Assembly (NCBI RefSeq): GCF_001447785.1
Contig: NW_015167538.1
Location: 740,511-804,510 of the forward strand
DNA: 64,000 nt
Reading direction: 5' to 3'
Source of the DNA: Gekko japonicus
Lineage: Eukaryota
A program made the translations under genes and the position numbers. Positions 61,427 through 64,000 of this stretch are shown here, one piece after another (the first letter of the stretch is position 1; each line of letters starts with the position of its first letter). The notes beneath the pieces are model-generated. The model searched no databases. It saw nothing but the letters and a program-made list of their open reading frames with translations, and was not told the origin of the DNA.

Positions 61427-63255
61427 CTCAAATCCCCTTTTCAAGCCATCCAAACATGAGTTCCAAATGTTAATCATGCATCTGTCCTCTTTGTCCGTCT
61501 TGTGTCTTTTGGCCATCAACTTCCTTAGGTGACCCTGAGCACTGATTTGAGAGAAGAAGAAAAAGTTTCCCCTCTCTCTCTTTCCGCATCTTGCATCATT
61601 TCGTAATCTTCCATCATGTCTCCCTGTAGTCATCCTTTTGTCTAAAGTCAAAATCCCCCAAATTTTCCCATTAGGGAAGATGTTGCAACACCTTGATCAT
61701 TTGCCCTCAAGACGAACTGACTCCTAAAAGTAGGATGCTTAGTGCATCAAATTCAGAGATCTGGGAGATTAAAGGGGTTAATGCTTCACTGTAAAGCTGT
61801 TTCATTGAGAGGCTGCTGCCTACTTGCACCCCTCTTTCTCTCTGATTGGTCAGCACCAGCTGAGGAGAGCTTTCAAAAGTCTTTTCAGAGGAGTTTGGAC
61901 TTTGGCTTGCCAACTGCCAGTCAGGAGGAGTGTATGTGTGTCAATTTGAGGGAAACAAACAAATTCACTTGGGAAGTGAAGGGACACAACTCCTAGCCCT
62001 TACTATGTACCAACACATTTGAGGAAAAGTTCAGAAATCAGAACGTAAAGTCTAAGTGTCAGCCCTAGCTGAATTCCATTTATTCACAGTCTCCAGAACT
62101 AGGGTTTAGGTTTGATAGAAGAGACTGGACAGGAGGTTGAAACTGGCAGCCTAGCGAAACAGAAAAGGATTATTGTTCCTAGAAAGAGGAAGGTATTTCT
62201 TACCCATTTATTCAGTGGGTTCAACCCAGAAGGGACCCCTGGTTTGTGTGAAAAGGGAAACCATTTTAGACTCCTCAAGAGTAAAAAGGGAAAGTCCCCA
62301 TAAGGGAAGTATTTAAATACAAGAAGAAAGTACTAACTTCCAGGAAACTCAGATAGTTATATGAGGCTATATTAAGACACATGGGTGCTGAAAGAAATCA
62401 CCAAGGCAAACAAACCTCTCACAGTTAAGAACTGAGTCTCTAAGAATATGAGCTTCAACTATACTCTGATGCCTGTTCAAAATAGTCATAATCCATATAA
62501 ACAACAAAATTCACATTTTCTCATTCCCTGCCATATTCCTAACCCAATTGTGTGTGTTCAATAAAGGCGGAATCTGCCTTTGTCTTTCCCACCAATGTCC
62601 CAGCCTTTTGACTCAGTCTTCAAAAAAGCTGTCTACATTTGGTGTCCTTTTCACACCTGAACAGTGCTAACATACAATACACCTGAACAGTGCTAACATA
62701 CTTTCGCAGGTCCACATATGTTTATCGTCCTTTCGGGGCAGCTCCACTGTCCTTGCACCTTTGCACTGCTTTAAAAGAATCTTCTCCAAACACCATTCAA
62801 ACAAGCATAGAGAAAGACGGCGTCACAGCAGCACGAAAATGATTTTAAAATGCAAATGCAGATTTGCCCAAAATCAACCTTTCTGTCTGACCTTTACTTC
62901 GTGTCAACTGCCATTTCCAAAGGGATTTATAAGAGGGCTCCTGCTTATAATCTCTGGCCAGGGCAAAAGCCAAATAACTTCTCTGTCACAGGGTGGGACA
63001 CGCAGAAAGTTATAACTCTATTATGAAGACACAGTACTAAGAGGCGGCTCAGTCAGAGTGGCGGACAGCGTTTTGGCTGGAACATCGACCTCATGGTGAA
63101 GAAGACGAAGCAGGGGTCAAGCACAGCGCAGCCCTTTCCCACAACATTCCAGCCTGCCTGAAGGCCACCCTCCTGACGATATGAGAGAAGGCCCTCTGCA
63201 CATGCCCAGGCGCACCCAAATTCACTTCGCAACTCCACAGCGGAAGCATCAGCAG

Positions 63256-63355
63256 NNNNNNNNNNNNNNNNNNNNNNNNNNNNNNNNNNNNNNNNNNNNN
63301 NNNNNNNNNNNNNNNNNNNNNNNNNNNNNNNNNNNNNNNNNNNNNNNNNNNNNNN
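63256..63355. other. Assembly gap (exactly 100 N, likely unknown size)
   Basis: Run of N. Confidence 1.
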
Positions 63356-63435
63356 GACGCTCCGACGGCTCCCCCTCCACACTGGAAGACAACCGAGCGT
63401 GGCGGCCCCTTTAAGAGCTGCGCCCGCGCCCTCTG

Positions 63436-63603
63436 GTGGCCCAAGGCGGCGACGCAGGTGCAGGTGCGAGATCGCCGTCCAGGTGCGGCCGCCCGTCTGC
63501 TCCGTCCTTGGCCCTGAGCTTCGGGGCGGTCAGTACGGCGCAGCTCCGCGCCCTGATGCGGGACGAGACGTGGCTGGAGCGCATCGTCAAGCTGAGCAGG
63601 AAG
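63436..63603 (+). CDS. VPS37D: VPS37D (ESCRT-I subunit) first conserved coding segment; start uncertain
   Basis: FGAVSTAQLRALMRDETWLERIVKLSRK aligns with human VPS37D FGILSTGQLRDLLQDEPKLDRIVRLSRK and ends at a phase-0 donor aag|gtaatc; lies in a CpG island. Confidence 0.82.
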
Positions 63604-64000
63604 GTAATCGCCGCCAGGATCGGGACCCGGGGGGAGGGGGAGCGGGGATAGGGCCCGCGAGGGGCATCGTCTCTCCCGAGCACGATCTTCGATCGCACGC
63701 TGGCTTTGCATGGCGCCCGTTTGCCCCCAAAGCGACCCTCCCCCTTTGCTTTCAGTGGCCTGAGGCGGAGAAACAAAGCAAAACAAGTCACCCTGGGCAT
63801 TCCGTGGGCAAGGCAGCCCCCCCCCCCCTTTGGCTGCCTGGAGGACCCTCTTCAACAAGAACTGCCTGGAGGACCCTCTTCAACCCACCTGCTTCTTTCT
63901 CCGACCTGGCATGGAGGATGCCAGGGCTCCCCACCCACCCACCCACTACCCCCCCAAAAGCAGGCTGCCCCAGTCTTGCCCTCCACCGCCTCTCCAATTC

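Noticed and set aside
63093-63161. Short plus-strand ORF MVKKTKQGSS resembling the human C17orf47 start MVKTNKSG
   Set aside because: Wrong strand, stops after 22 codons; judged coincidental.

Overview
This is vertebrate genomic DNA. The repeat content (Squam3-like and Sauria SINEs, BovB, squamate-type CR1, 5S-derived SINEs) points to a squamate, probably a gecko; this is an inference. Most of the window is the minus-strand SEPTIN4 gene. Nine core exons (16497 down to 1921) have GT-AG ends and chain in frame, and the last coding exons lie off the left edge. About 36-43 kb further upstream is the C17orf47-like module: a 2875-nt repeat-rich coding exon (59304-56430), a 45-nt exon and an 8-nt microexon. 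These splice in frame onto the septin exons and predict a giant septin of at least 1389 aa with a ~980-aa disordered N-terminal arm. That arm has hierarchical 12-aa/71-aa repeats and three TQT (LC8/DYNLL-type) motifs. Several candidate alternative first and cassette exons and an internal CpG-island promoter lie in between. At the right end, beyond a 100-N gap, the first conserved coding segment of VPS37D starts on the plus strand without an upstream in-frame ATG. Introns are dense with LINEs (L1, L2, CR1, BovB/RTE, and a young RTEX-like copy with an open RT frame), SINEs, hAT and Harbinger MITEs with clean TSDs, solo LTRs and Penelope-type termini. Homology calls rest on recalled protein and repeat consensus sequences, not on searches. 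No wholly new system is proven; the giant SEPT4 isoform is the strongest lead.
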